Shown one piece after another: positions 29,893-38,393 of a DNA stretch of 64,000 nt. Within the stretch, counting starts at the first letter, position 1. Each line of letters starts with the position of its first letter. The stretch is from an uncultured Gammaproteobacteria bacterium (GTDB taxonomy: Bacteria > Pseudomonadota > Gammaproteobacteria > JAKDMP01), in the NCBI GenBank assembly GCA_963843735.1, contig CAWJLN010000009.1, positions 398,574 through 462,573 on the forward strand, read 5' to 3'. Position numbers and translations under genes: made by a program. The notes below the pieces were generated by a model. The model worked only from the letters and a program-made list of their open reading frames with translations, did not search any database and was not told the DNA's origin.

Positions 29893-32583
29893 TCAGGGTA
29901 TTATCGTAATCGTAATCGGTTGGGCGACCTTGCCTAAATCGTCAAACCATGAGGCTGTAGAGACGGGTGGGGCGAAGGATACCGTGCCCGAAAGCCCGAG
30001 ATAATCGCCGTAAGAATAATTGTAGATGCTGTCATACGAGCCCAGGATGGCAGCATAGACGTTCCAGACCGGGGTGGCATGAAGACCCGACAAGCAGGAG
30101 GGGTTTTTGTATGCGTCGTGGTGCGCGATGACCGCTCGTGCGGTATGTCGGTTCATAAGCGGATGGCCATCCTTTTTCTCTATGTGCGGCGGAGTCTTGT
30201 AATGCGTATAGTCGGGGCACAATGGCAACAGTCCGGCGGCCTGATAAGACGCCAGGGCTTCGCCTATCGCGCTCCGATAGCTGCCGTTCGTTCCGTAAAG
30301 CCCCGCTTGTTTGCTGTCGTCTGTGTTGCATATGGCGGAACCCGCCGCCTGCAGGAAATCACAGGGTTTGAATTTTGCAATTACCAGCGGCTTGGAAGAA
30401 GTGACGGTATTGCTCCCGACGGCGCCCTCGCTTGTTGGGCAATTTCCTGAAAATCGAGTGAATACCAACTTGTCCTTGTGAGCGCCTTTGGTTTCTACCA
30501 CTCCCTTCACAATACAATCCGGGAGGGCTTTGCCCGCCAAATCATCGGCGAAGGCTGTGTTGATATAGATGGCATGAGCCTTATTTTCCAGGTACTTCCA
30601 CAGCAAATTTATGTATTGATTGTAGTAGGTTGACGGAAAATATTTATTTTTCTTCGCGTCAATCCTTCCCATCGGATCCAGATAGTAGGAAACGTAGTTG
30701 TAGCTTAAAACTACATTCTCGGCGGTAATCGGTGCCAGGATATTCGTGTACTTGCTGGTCTTGCACTCGCTGGACGATAATTTGAACCCCTTCCTGACGT
30801 AATTCTGTAATCCGTCCTGCCTCCCGCAATCGTACGCCCAGACCGTGCTGTCGTGCTGGTCGTCAAACTCTTTCGCTATCCCTTTGAAAATCGGCTGGGA
30901 GTCATTAAGCTTGAAGTACGTGTTCAAGATGCCGTGCGACGCGCTCTGGGTGAGCAAGTTTAGCGGCGCGACTGTTCCCATGGTATTGAATCTGGCCATC
31001 ACATCCATGGCATTGACGTAACTCTGATCGACAAATAGTTGTTCATTTTGATCGGAGGGGTTTGGGTTTTCTATTCCGTATGACAATTCCATGCGCAGCC
31101 ACCTGGGTGGTATCGGTGACTCGGTATGCGATGGGAGATTGCCGCCTGTCGTGGAAAATTCCCCCCGGCCCAGATATATGACGCCGCTTTGCCCATGAGG
31201 CATATAAAAAAGATTATTGGTTTCGGAAAGTGCGAACTGATCCTGGTTGAAGTCCGAGTGCTCTGAATCCGTACTTATTGAGCCTACGTAATGCGAATTC
31301 TCGGACTGGAACTTGACCATGTATTGATTGCCGCCCGACCAATTTTCCATAATGGCCGCGGCATAGAAGGCTGAACCGCTCGCCGGAGGGACTATCCTCA
31401 CCGCGATGTGATCCTTCTCGTAAGGGACGAAAGTGACGCCTGTCTTGTAGTTGACCAGGGTCCCCGCGGTGTTCGATATCTTGACCGCTACCGAAACCGT
31501 ACTCACAGGGGGGGCTCCTGAAGCCGGGGCTAAAGAGCCGGACACGGCATACAGCGGCCCGCCGGTTGTCGCGTTAAACGGGGCTAACTTAGTCGTTGCC
31601 GGGGGCGTAAGGGTGTAAGTACCATCTGCTTCGGGCGCCAAAACGATGCCAGCCTTGACGGTTGTCAGTGCGGTTGCCGACACGGAAGTGATTGTCAGCT
31701 TCTTACCCGAAGTATTCTTGAAAAGAAATACCGGGCGGTAATTGAACGGGGTCCCATCAACGCCCGTCCCGGTGTAAAGGGTCTCGGCTATGTTCTGAGC
31801 CAGATACAAGGGCAGGTGATCGTCGGTAGCCGTTTCCGTACTGCCCAGGCTCAGGTTCTCCACGGACACAACCAGAAGGTAGGGAGACAAGAGCGAGGAG
31901 CCCGCCGCTTTGGAAAGTTCCAGGCCGTAAGCGCTGGGTGCTGCGTTGGCGGGAACCGTCACCGATACCTCGCAGGACGGGTAATTCTCATCGATGGTAC
32001 ACGCGCCGTTACCGCCTACCGCCCAGCCGTCGGGTGCCGTCACTGTGTACAGACCGGTGGCTACTTGCTGCGATGTGCTGTGGGCGCTGAACGACACATT
32101 GAACGTCTCGCCGGGGTCCGCCGCCTCGATTGGGGCACCGGATGTGCTCGTCAACGTTGCATAAACCCGTCCGCCATTTTCGACATAGACCGGGACCGGG
32201 CTGGGCAGATTCGGCTTGCCGTTAACGTCAACCTGGAGTTCATGCTCGTTGCTGCTGCCCAGGTTGGTTTGAGGCGCCTGGCAGCTGAAATCGCCGCCGG
32301 CGCCGCGAATGGTGAACGTTTGCGCGGGTCCGCAGTCGATCTGGGGGGTTACCGTGCCCACGTCAACCAGTTGTATTTTGACTGTGCCCCATGAATTGGT
32401 GGAGGCAGAGACCGCAACGCTGATCGTAGACGCGGACCCGGCATAAACCGAGTCGGGAATATCGGCATGTGCGGTAATGTTCGTAGCCGTAGGCTTTACC
32501 GATCCGCCTCCGCAAGCGGAGAGCAGAAAGGCACAGCCTGAGACTAAAGCAAAGATTGATAAGTTCTTGATGTGTTTGTACAT
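29893..32583 (-). CDS. Large lipoprotein: beta-rich N-terminal domains plus C-terminal GH64 (beta-1,3-glucanase)-like domain
   Basis: Lipobox LSAC-GGG; SGVIYLG / RMELSY / LFVDQSYVN / NVYAAILG..YNYSYGD resemble GH64 motifs; AT-richer than flanks. Confidence 0.6.
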   Translation of the reverse strand: MYKHIKNLSIFALVSGCAFLLSACGGGSVKPTATNITAHADIPDSVYAGSASTISVAVSASTNSWGTVKIQLVDVGTVTPQIDCGPAQTFTIRGAGGDFSCQAPQTNLGSSNEHELQVDVNGKPNLPSPVPVYVENGGRVYATLTSTSGAPIEAADPGETFNVSFSAHSTSQQVATGLYTVTAPDGWAVGGNGACTIDENYPSCEVSVTVPANAAPSAYGLELSKAAGSSLLSPYLLVVSVENLSLGSTETATDDHLPLYLAQNIAETLYTGTGVDGTPFNYRPVFLFKNTSGKKLTITSVSATALTTVKAGIVLAPEADGTYTLTPPATTKLAPFNATTGGPLYAVSGSLAPASGAPPVSTVSVAVKISNTAGTLVNYKTGVTFVPYEKDHIAVRIVPPASGSAFYAAAIMENWSGGNQYMVKFQSENSHYVGSISTDSEHSDFNQDQFALSETNNLFYMPHGQSGVIYLGRGEFSTTGGNLPSHTESPIPPRWLRMELSYGIENPNPSDQNEQLFVDQSYVNAMDVMARFNTMGTVAPLNLLTQSASHGILNTYFKLNDSQPIFKGIAKEFDDQHDSTVWAYDCGRQDGLQNYVRKGFKLSSSECKTSKYTNILAPITAENVVLSYNYVSYYLDPMGRIDAKKNKYFPSTYYNQYINLLWKYLENKAHAIYINTAFADDLAGKALPDCIVKGVVETKGAHKDKLVFTRFSGNCPTSEGAVGSNTVTSSKPLVIAKFKPCDFLQAAGSAICNTDDSKQAGLYGTNGSYRSAIGEALASYQAAGLLPLCPDYTHYKTPPHIEKKDGHPLMNRHTARAVIAHHDAYKNPSCLSGLHATPVWNVYAAILGSYDSIYNYSYGDYLGLSGTVSFAPPVSTASWFDDLGKVAQPITITIIP

Positions 32584-32607
32584 GACGAGTTCTCAAATCA
32601 AGGGCTG

Positions 32608-32636
32608 AATATAATGGTGCCGTATTCCCTTGTCAA
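32608..32636 (-). promoter_or_regulatory. Sigma70 promoter TTGACA-17-TATATT for the 896-aa lipoprotein
   Basis: Perfect -35, exact 17-bp spacer, 5/6 -10, ending 24 nt before the ATG. Confidence 0.75.
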
Positions 32637-32774
32637 GCGCAGGCGCCGCAAGGGAAAGGCCTTGAAAATTTCAGACCTTCCAGCGATTGGGGGAGTCCTG
32701 AAGGGGCGATTCGACGTCATCGCGGCCGGGAGCGGTTGATGTCTTTGGTGATCTGCACGCGCAGACGCGAGCGG

Positions 32775-32918
32775 TCATGCATTGCGTTCGGCGTAGAGTT
32801 TGGCCGTTTCGGCTCCCGGCTTGAGGTGGATCGGTCGCTGGAACTCGGCATCGTCCGGCGCCATCAGGCGCAGATTCAGGCGCTCGGTTTGAATCGGAAT
32901 GGCGTCGAAGGCGGACAT
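32775..32918 (-). pseudogene. N-terminal remnant of a RimJ/RimL-type GNAT acetyltransferase
   Basis: MSAFDAIPIQTERLNLRLMAPDDAE resembles the GNAT N-terminus, then the frame stops after 47 aa. Confidence 0.45.
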
Positions 32919-33060
32919 GAATCGCTAGCGATGCTCGCTAGCGGAAGCTCGGGGATGTTTCTCCAATCGCCTGAGAAAAAACTCTAAGCGCCTTTCTTCC
33001 TGCCGGATTGTAGCGCAGGATTGACGAAGCGACTCAAGAGAGGGTTCGACTCCTTATTCT

Positions 33061-33498
33061 CTACGTCGCTCTCGATACCACCGCTTCCAGGTGTGTAGTG
33101 CTGGATAACGAGTTTGTTATCAGACAGCCTGCCTCGGCCTTCTCAAGAAGACGATGTGCCCGTTCCTCGTTCGTATCCTGAGGCACCGAAAGTGTCGCGT
33201 GGATCATGAATTCCGTAAACTTAGTCACGCCTTCACTGCGCTCGAGGGTACCCTCGACTTCGCATTTCAAGGAGATCCACGAGAGCTTGGACGCCCTGGC
33301 AATAGCTCGAAAGGTGAGAATAAAACAATCGGCAACCGCCGCGGTCAACAATGTTTCAGGGGACCATTTGTCGCCAGGTCCGCCAAATTCCACCGGCGGT
33401 GCAGAAGGCATCGCGTCGAGTCCTTCGCCCGTCAGGATGACGTCCCCGCCAGACTCCGCAGCCGCGGCGGTCTTGTAGTGATGAGGGAAATCTTGCAT
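33061..33498 (-). CDS. OsmC family protein
   Basis: RBS GGAG, ATG 33498; WSPETLLTAAVADCF, AEAGCLITNS. Confidence 0.9.
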   Translation of the reverse strand: MQDFPHHYKTAAAAESGGDVILTGEGLDAMPSAPPVEFGGPGDKWSPETLLTAAVADCFILTFRAIARASKLSWISLKCEVEGTLERSEGVTKFTEFMIHATLSVPQDTNEERAHRLLEKAEAGCLITNSLSSTTHLEAVVSRAT

Positions 33499-33648
33499 CG
33501 TATTCTCCACTGGATATTCGGCGCGGGTGTCCGCCTGTAGAAAACCCGGAAGTCAGAGTGTTTCTTTCTGCTCGATTGTAGCGCAGGATGGGCTTGGCCG
33601 CTCGGCAGCCGGCAGATTTGGGTTTTAGAGTCCCCGATAGGGGATCAG

Positions 33649-34202
33649 TAAACCCCCCGGCTTTAGCCGGCGGACAGGTCGGCTAGGTTATGCTGAGGAG
33701 ATGGAGGATTATAAGCGCGGGAGCCACACGGTGTGGGACTGCAAGTACCACCTGGTGTGGACGACGAAGTACCGATATCAGGTACTGGGCGGGGAAGTAG
33801 GAGAGCGCTGCCGGGAGTTGCTGCGCGAGATAGCGCGGGCGAAGGAGATGCGCATCTATGCGGGGGCGATCAATCGGGATCATGTGCACATGCTGATAGG
33901 GATACCGCCGTATCTATCGGTATCGCGGGCGGTGCAGTACATGAAGGGCAAGAGTTCGCACAAGCTTCTGACGGAGTTTGCGCGGCTGAGGAAGCGGTAT
34001 TGGGGACAGCACCTGTGGGCGCGAGGCTACTGGGTATGCACGAGCGGGAACGTGACCGACGAGGTGTGGCACCGTTACATCGAGGAGCAGAAGCCGCCGG
34101 AGCCTGACGATGACTTTCAGGTTGTGTAGTCGGCCGCATGGCCGACCGATCCGGCTTTCAGCCGTAATCCGAAGCCACCGGCTTTAGCCGGTGGAGTATT
34201 CA
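33649..34202 (+). mobile_element. IS200/IS605 family element (tnpA only); ends approximate
   Basis: Subterminal hairpins CCGGCTTTAGCCGG at about 33657 and CCACCGGCTTTAGCCGGTGG at about 34175; no terminal IRs. Confidence 0.85.
33701..34129 (+). CDS. tnpA: IS200 family HUH (Y1) transposase
   Basis: YHLVWTTKYR, DHVHML (HUH), KGKSS, LWARGY, YIEEQ. Confidence 0.95.
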   Translation: MEDYKRGSHTVWDCKYHLVWTTKYRYQVLGGEVGERCRELLREIARAKEMRIYAGAINRDHVHMLIGIPPYLSVSRAVQYMKGKSSHKLLTEFARLRKRYWGQHLWARGYWVCTSGNVTDEVWHRYIEEQKPPEPDDDFQVV

Positions 34203-35057
34203 CTCTCGTGCGGCCGCTTCCTCACGCCCCTGCTGGCGAATGACCGCTTCCTGCCGCGCATCTTCGATGGTGAGCATCACGTTCTGCACATCGGCGCTAT
34301 GCTCATCGAAAACGAATCGGCCGGTCAATTCGGTGTCCGGCCGCAACTCGCCCTTCTCGTACAGCGCCCACATTTCCTCGCCGAAATGGGTGGTCATGAG
34401 TTCGGGTGCGAAGCGCCCGAGGCTGTCGCGCAGATTGTGCACGTCACGCAGCAGCATCGCTCGCGCGGCATTGTTGCCGGCGGCGGTGACCACCTGCGGG
34501 AAATCTATGATCACCGGACCATTCGCCGCCACCAGCACGTTGTACTCGGACAGGTCGCCGTGAATCAGCCCGAGGCAAAGCATGCGCACCACGGCGCGAA
34601 TCAGCCGGGCGTGGAATGAATGCGCCTGCTCAGCCGAGAGATCCACGTCGCTCAGCCGCAGCGCGCTGCGACCCTCTTCGTCTGTGATCAGGGCCATCAG
34701 CAACACGCCGTGGAAATATCCATGCGGCTTCGGGACGCTTACACCCGCATCGGACAGCTGATAGAGCGCGTCCGATTCGGCGTTCTTCCACGCGCCTTCC
34801 TGTTGCCGGCGGCCGAACTTGCTGGACTTGCCGACGGCGCGTGCCTGGCGGCTGCCGCGCATCTTGCGGCCTTCCTGATATTGCGCCCGAGCCTGGAAGC
34901 TGCGCTGCGTCATGTCCTTGTAGACCTTGGCGCACAAGGTCTCCTCGCCCGCACGAACCACATAGACCGAGGCTTCCTTGCCGCTTTTGAGTTGCCACAG
35001 CACGGCATCGATAATGCCGTCATCGAGCAGCTCCTGAAGGCCGCTTGGGGTTTTCAT
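34200..35057 (-). CDS. RIO1-like Ser/Thr kinase (PA4780 family)
   Basis: LKSGKEASVY, CAKVYK, LIHGDLSEYNVL, IIDFPQ. Confidence 0.92.
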   Translation of the reverse strand: MKTPSGLQELLDDGIIDAVLWQLKSGKEASVYVVRAGEETLCAKVYKDMTQRSFQARAQYQEGRKMRGSRQARAVGKSSKFGRRQQEGAWKNAESDALYQLSDAGVSVPKPHGYFHGVLLMALITDEEGRSALRLSDVDLSAEQAHSFHARLIRAVVRMLCLGLIHGDLSEYNVLVAANGPVIIDFPQVVTAAGNNAARAMLLRDVHNLRDSLGRFAPELMTTHFGEEMWALYEKGELRPDTELTGRFVFDEHSADVQNVMLTIEDARQEAVIRQQGREEAAARE

Positions 35058-35314
35058 CAATCCTTGACTGCAAAGCCGAAACAGAACTGTCTATTATGGA
35101 CTACTGCGACGCAGGATGATTGCCGACGACGACAGATAAAGGCGGTAATGCCCTCTTGTTCCCTTTCATTTCGCCGGCAGGCCGAATTTCAAATGTGGCG
35201 CAAGACCTGCCCCCCGCAATCCTCCATGCGAGCAATGGAACTATGTTAGCTACCGCACCGACACCGGGAGGTTGCCGGATTAAAGTCTTTCAACTACTTC
35301 AAGGGTTCGAACCG

Positions 35315-35500
35315 ATGAATAGACTAAAGAACGCTGGCATTTGCCTGGCGCTGCTACTGGCCACAGGTAGCAGTTTCGCGCAGAACGGGACCGCGATGCA
35401 TGGCGGCATGCGGGTCTTTGGATGGATGGGTGGATACGGCGGATACTGGGTACCCATCCTGGTGCTCGTCATAATTGTCGGCTTGGTGGCTTGGGTGGTC
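35315..35500 (+). pseudogene. Small membrane/secreted protein truncated by IS256 copy 2
   Basis: Signal-like N-terminus, GWMGGYGGYW plus a TM helix, then the frame runs into the IS at 35501. Confidence 0.55.
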
Positions 35501-36878
35501 GGTAGTGTCAAGTATTTTGCGCACTTTCGGTTTGGCGGGGTTCCGAATCATGGTTGCTTTCAGGCCGAAGCCTGCTCGGTTTCATCGAGCCGCTGCTGTT
35601 TGGCGAGCGGCTCCATGTTCAGGTAGCGTTTCACGCCCCAGGTCGTTCCCGCGACGTGTCTGAGACGCGCGGCGGCGAGCATCAGCGCCGAGTGCCCGTC
35701 GGGGAAGGCGCCGACGACACGGGTGCGCCGGCGGATCTCGCGCATGAGCCGCTCCAGCGGATTGTTGGTGCGGATGCGCCGCCAGTGGGTCTCGGGAAAA
35801 GCGTAGTAGGTGAGCGTCTCGCCGATGGCGTTCTCGACCTTCTCGGCGGCCTTCGCGAGTCGCATGGCTTTGAGCTTGGCTACCACCTGGCGGGCTTTCT
35901 CCTGGGCCGCTTCACGATCCTCGCTCGCGTGAATGGCCTTGAGCATGGCGGCCACCGCGCGCACCTTGGCGTTGGGCACCACGCTGAACACGTTCCGGTA
36001 GAAGTGCACCACGCAGCGCTGCCAGCGCGCTTCGGGGTAATGCTCGGCGAGCGCCTCGACCAGACCCAGGCAGGCATCGGAGATGAACAACTCGGTGCCC
36101 GTGAGGCCGCGTGTCTTGAGATGGCCCACGAATGCGCTCCAGCCCGCCTTGTCCTCCTTCGCCCCCTCGGCGATGCCCAGCACCTGGCGGTAGCCCTCGG
36201 CATTGACGCCGATGGCGACCAGCACGCTGACGTTCCTGACTTCCCCGCCCCAACTGCGCTTCAAGACGATGCCGTCCAGGTACACATACGGGAAGGCGCC
36301 GGTGATCGGGCGGTTGCGCCACGCCTCGATGCGCGCATACATCTTCTGGTTCAGCCGGCTGACCGTGCCCGCCGAGACCCGCGTCCCCCACAGCGCCTCG
36401 GTGATGTCCTCGACCCGGCGCACCGAGACCCCGGCCAGATACATCTCCATCAGCGCCTCCTCCACACTCGCCTCGCGCCGCCGATACCGCTCGATGATCG
36501 CGGTCTCAAACGGCAGTGTCCTGAGCTTGGGCACCTTCAGCTTCACCTCGCCCGCTCGGGTGTGCAGCCCGCGCTCGTAGTGCCCGGCGCGATAATCCCG
36601 GCGCCGACCGCTGCGCTCATAGCGGCTCGCCCCGCACAGCCTGTCGGCCTCCGCATCGAGCAGCCCGTTCAGCGTCTCCTCCACAGTGCCGCGCACAATC
36701 CCGTCCAAATGCCGCTGTACCTTCGCTTCGTCAATCTCGATCACTTTGCCCAAGGCGGGCGGCGTAGTATCCTGTTCCATGGCGGTGGTCTCCTTCCAGT
36801 CAATGATGGGTTGTAGCTTCATTTAACCAGATCGGGACCGCCGCTCCTCCAAAGTGCGAAAAATACGTTACGTTATCC
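35501..36878 (-). mobile_element. IS256 family element, copy 2 (1378 bp), no flanking direct repeat
   Basis: Same length and same translated ORF as copy 1, 7109 bp away, same orientation; flanks GGGTGGTC / AGACGTGC do not match. Confidence 0.93.
35560..36780 (-). CDS. IS256 family transposase
   Basis: Protein identical to that of copy 1. Confidence 0.95.
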   Translation of the reverse strand: MEQDTTPPALGKVIEIDEAKVQRHLDGIVRGTVEETLNGLLDAEADRLCGASRYERSGRRRDYRAGHYERGLHTRAGEVKLKVPKLRTLPFETAIIERYRRREASVEEALMEMYLAGVSVRRVEDITEALWGTRVSAGTVSRLNQKMYARIEAWRNRPITGAFPYVYLDGIVLKRSWGGEVRNVSVLVAIGVNAEGYRQVLGIAEGAKEDKAGWSAFVGHLKTRGLTGTELFISDACLGLVEALAEHYPEARWQRCVVHFYRNVFSVVPNAKVRAVAAMLKAIHASEDREAAQEKARQVVAKLKAMRLAKAAEKVENAIGETLTYYAFPETHWRRIRTNNPLERLMREIRRRTRVVGAFPDGHSALMLAAARLRHVAGTTWGVKRYLNMEPLAKQQRLDETEQASA

Positions 36879-36940
36879 AGACGTGCCCCTAATTCCATTT
36901 TTCTATATTAGCCTTTGTCATTAAAGGTAAAATTAACCAA

Positions 36941-37813
36941 TTACCGTAATGCTAGTTCTTTCTCAATAATAGAGCTGGCGATGCTGAATTGGTATTCGAT
37001 GCCTCTTTCGTCGGAAATATCAATTTCTTTAAAGAATTTAAATAATATTGGCTCTATTACGGCATTTCTATAGCTATATAGTTCGTATTTATTTAGCTCT
37101 TCAAAGGCATATACATTTGCGCACTTAGCTAAAAATTCAGCTGCAGAAGCGGTAATTTTTTTTGCATCTTTCAAAGATAAATGTCTAAATACCCGAACAG
37201 CCATTCCCAAGTTGTTGGGATTTTCTTTGAGCACTATGTCTAGTTTGCGGGCGCTAATTTCATCGAAGTAGTTTGTTCTATGAATAAACGCACCTGTTCT
37301 CCAATTCATCAAAATCGCATCCCAATTAAGTACAGTTGTGTCTATTAGAGATGCTACTCCTCGATATTTGACTAAATTTTGCTTTATGGCCCAGGTTTCT
37401 TCAGCATGCCATATATCGACAGGTATGTTCCCTATTGTTAATCTATAACCACCAAATTTATTTTGTTTTGCATTCAGGTATTGAAGATAAGAAACAAAGT
37501 TAGACCAATCTCCTTCAACAACTAGGTCTACATCTGAATTAAAGCCACTTCTTCCAAAAATAGCTAAATCACGAAGTACGCCTCCAAATAGGTATACATC
37601 GCCGTCGGGCACAGAGGACGAAATATAATTTAAGAAAGCGGTTATGTTTTCCCTGGGGTTAGGGTATATTTTTACGAAATCGAATAAATACGCTTGGTCC
37701 AGGTAAGGTTGCTTCGAAATTTTTGTTTGCTTTTCCGAGGGTCCAAGCAACCGAGAAACTCTCTTTCTGAGGTTTGTGGCTGAATCAACAGGATTGGGTT
37801 TATGAAAAAGCAT
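36941..37813 (-). CDS. Stand-alone class II (CCA-adding/poly(A) polymerase head-like) nucleotidyltransferase
   Basis: VYLFGGVLRD..FG...SDVDLVV signature with DxD; third carboxylate in PVDIW; very AT-rich; start overlaps the dGTPase stop by 14 bp. Confidence 0.75.
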   Translation of the reverse strand: MLFHKPNPVDSATNLRKRVSRLLGPSEKQTKISKQPYLDQAYLFDFVKIYPNPRENITAFLNYISSSVPDGDVYLFGGVLRDLAIFGRSGFNSDVDLVVEGDWSNFVSYLQYLNAKQNKFGGYRLTIGNIPVDIWHAEETWAIKQNLVKYRGVASLIDTTVLNWDAILMNWRTGAFIHRTNYFDEISARKLDIVLKENPNNLGMAVRVFRHLSLKDAKKITASAAEFLAKCANVYAFEELNKYELYSYRNAVIEPILFKFFKEIDISDERGIEYQFSIASSIIEKELALR

Positions 37814-38393
37814 TTTCTAACAACTTCAATTCATCATGTTTTTTAATTAGATAAGACTCAGTCATTCCTGAGATGGCGTCGCATAATAACTGACATTTGT
37901 CATAAAAGATCTTTTCTGAATCTTGATAGACCCTCCTATAATTTTCAGATATTCCTCCAAAAGCATATCGTTCAAAAGGGCTTCCAGGGTCTCCTTCGGA
38001 CGAGATCGCCTTCCATAACATGGACATTAAGCTTTTGATGTAATTGTTTCCTTCAAGTTCCAATTTCAAGACTTCTTTATGCTTAAATCCATGCTCGCGA
38101 TCAAAATCTTCAACAATTTCGCACAATTTCGCACAATTGGATTTCTCAATTAAGGTAAATCCTTTCTCTATAGAGCCATCTATCATTTTGGGGGAGTTTT
38201 TTATAAAAACGTCGGTAGCGGATTTTACCATCTTCGATATTGCTTTTACTCTAAACATCTGCATGGATAGATCATTTAGTTCTTTTGAGCTGAGGGGTTC
38301 CTTTTTAAACTTTCTGTTTTGTTTCACAGATTCTTTTATTACCTCATTTACAACCTCGTCTTTTCGGCCATGCGTTTTTAGAAAGTCCATTAA

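Noticed and set aside
33003-33060. tRNA-like sequence (GTAGCGCAG...GACGAAG...GGTTCGACTCC)
   Set aside because: It is too short, has no anticodon arm or acceptor stem pairing, and cannot fold into a cloverleaf; at most a degenerate remnant
28392-36878. Composite transposon formed by the two IS256 copies
   Set aside because: Copy 1 has its own duplication on both sides and the outer flanks (GGAAAAG vs AGACGTG) do not match
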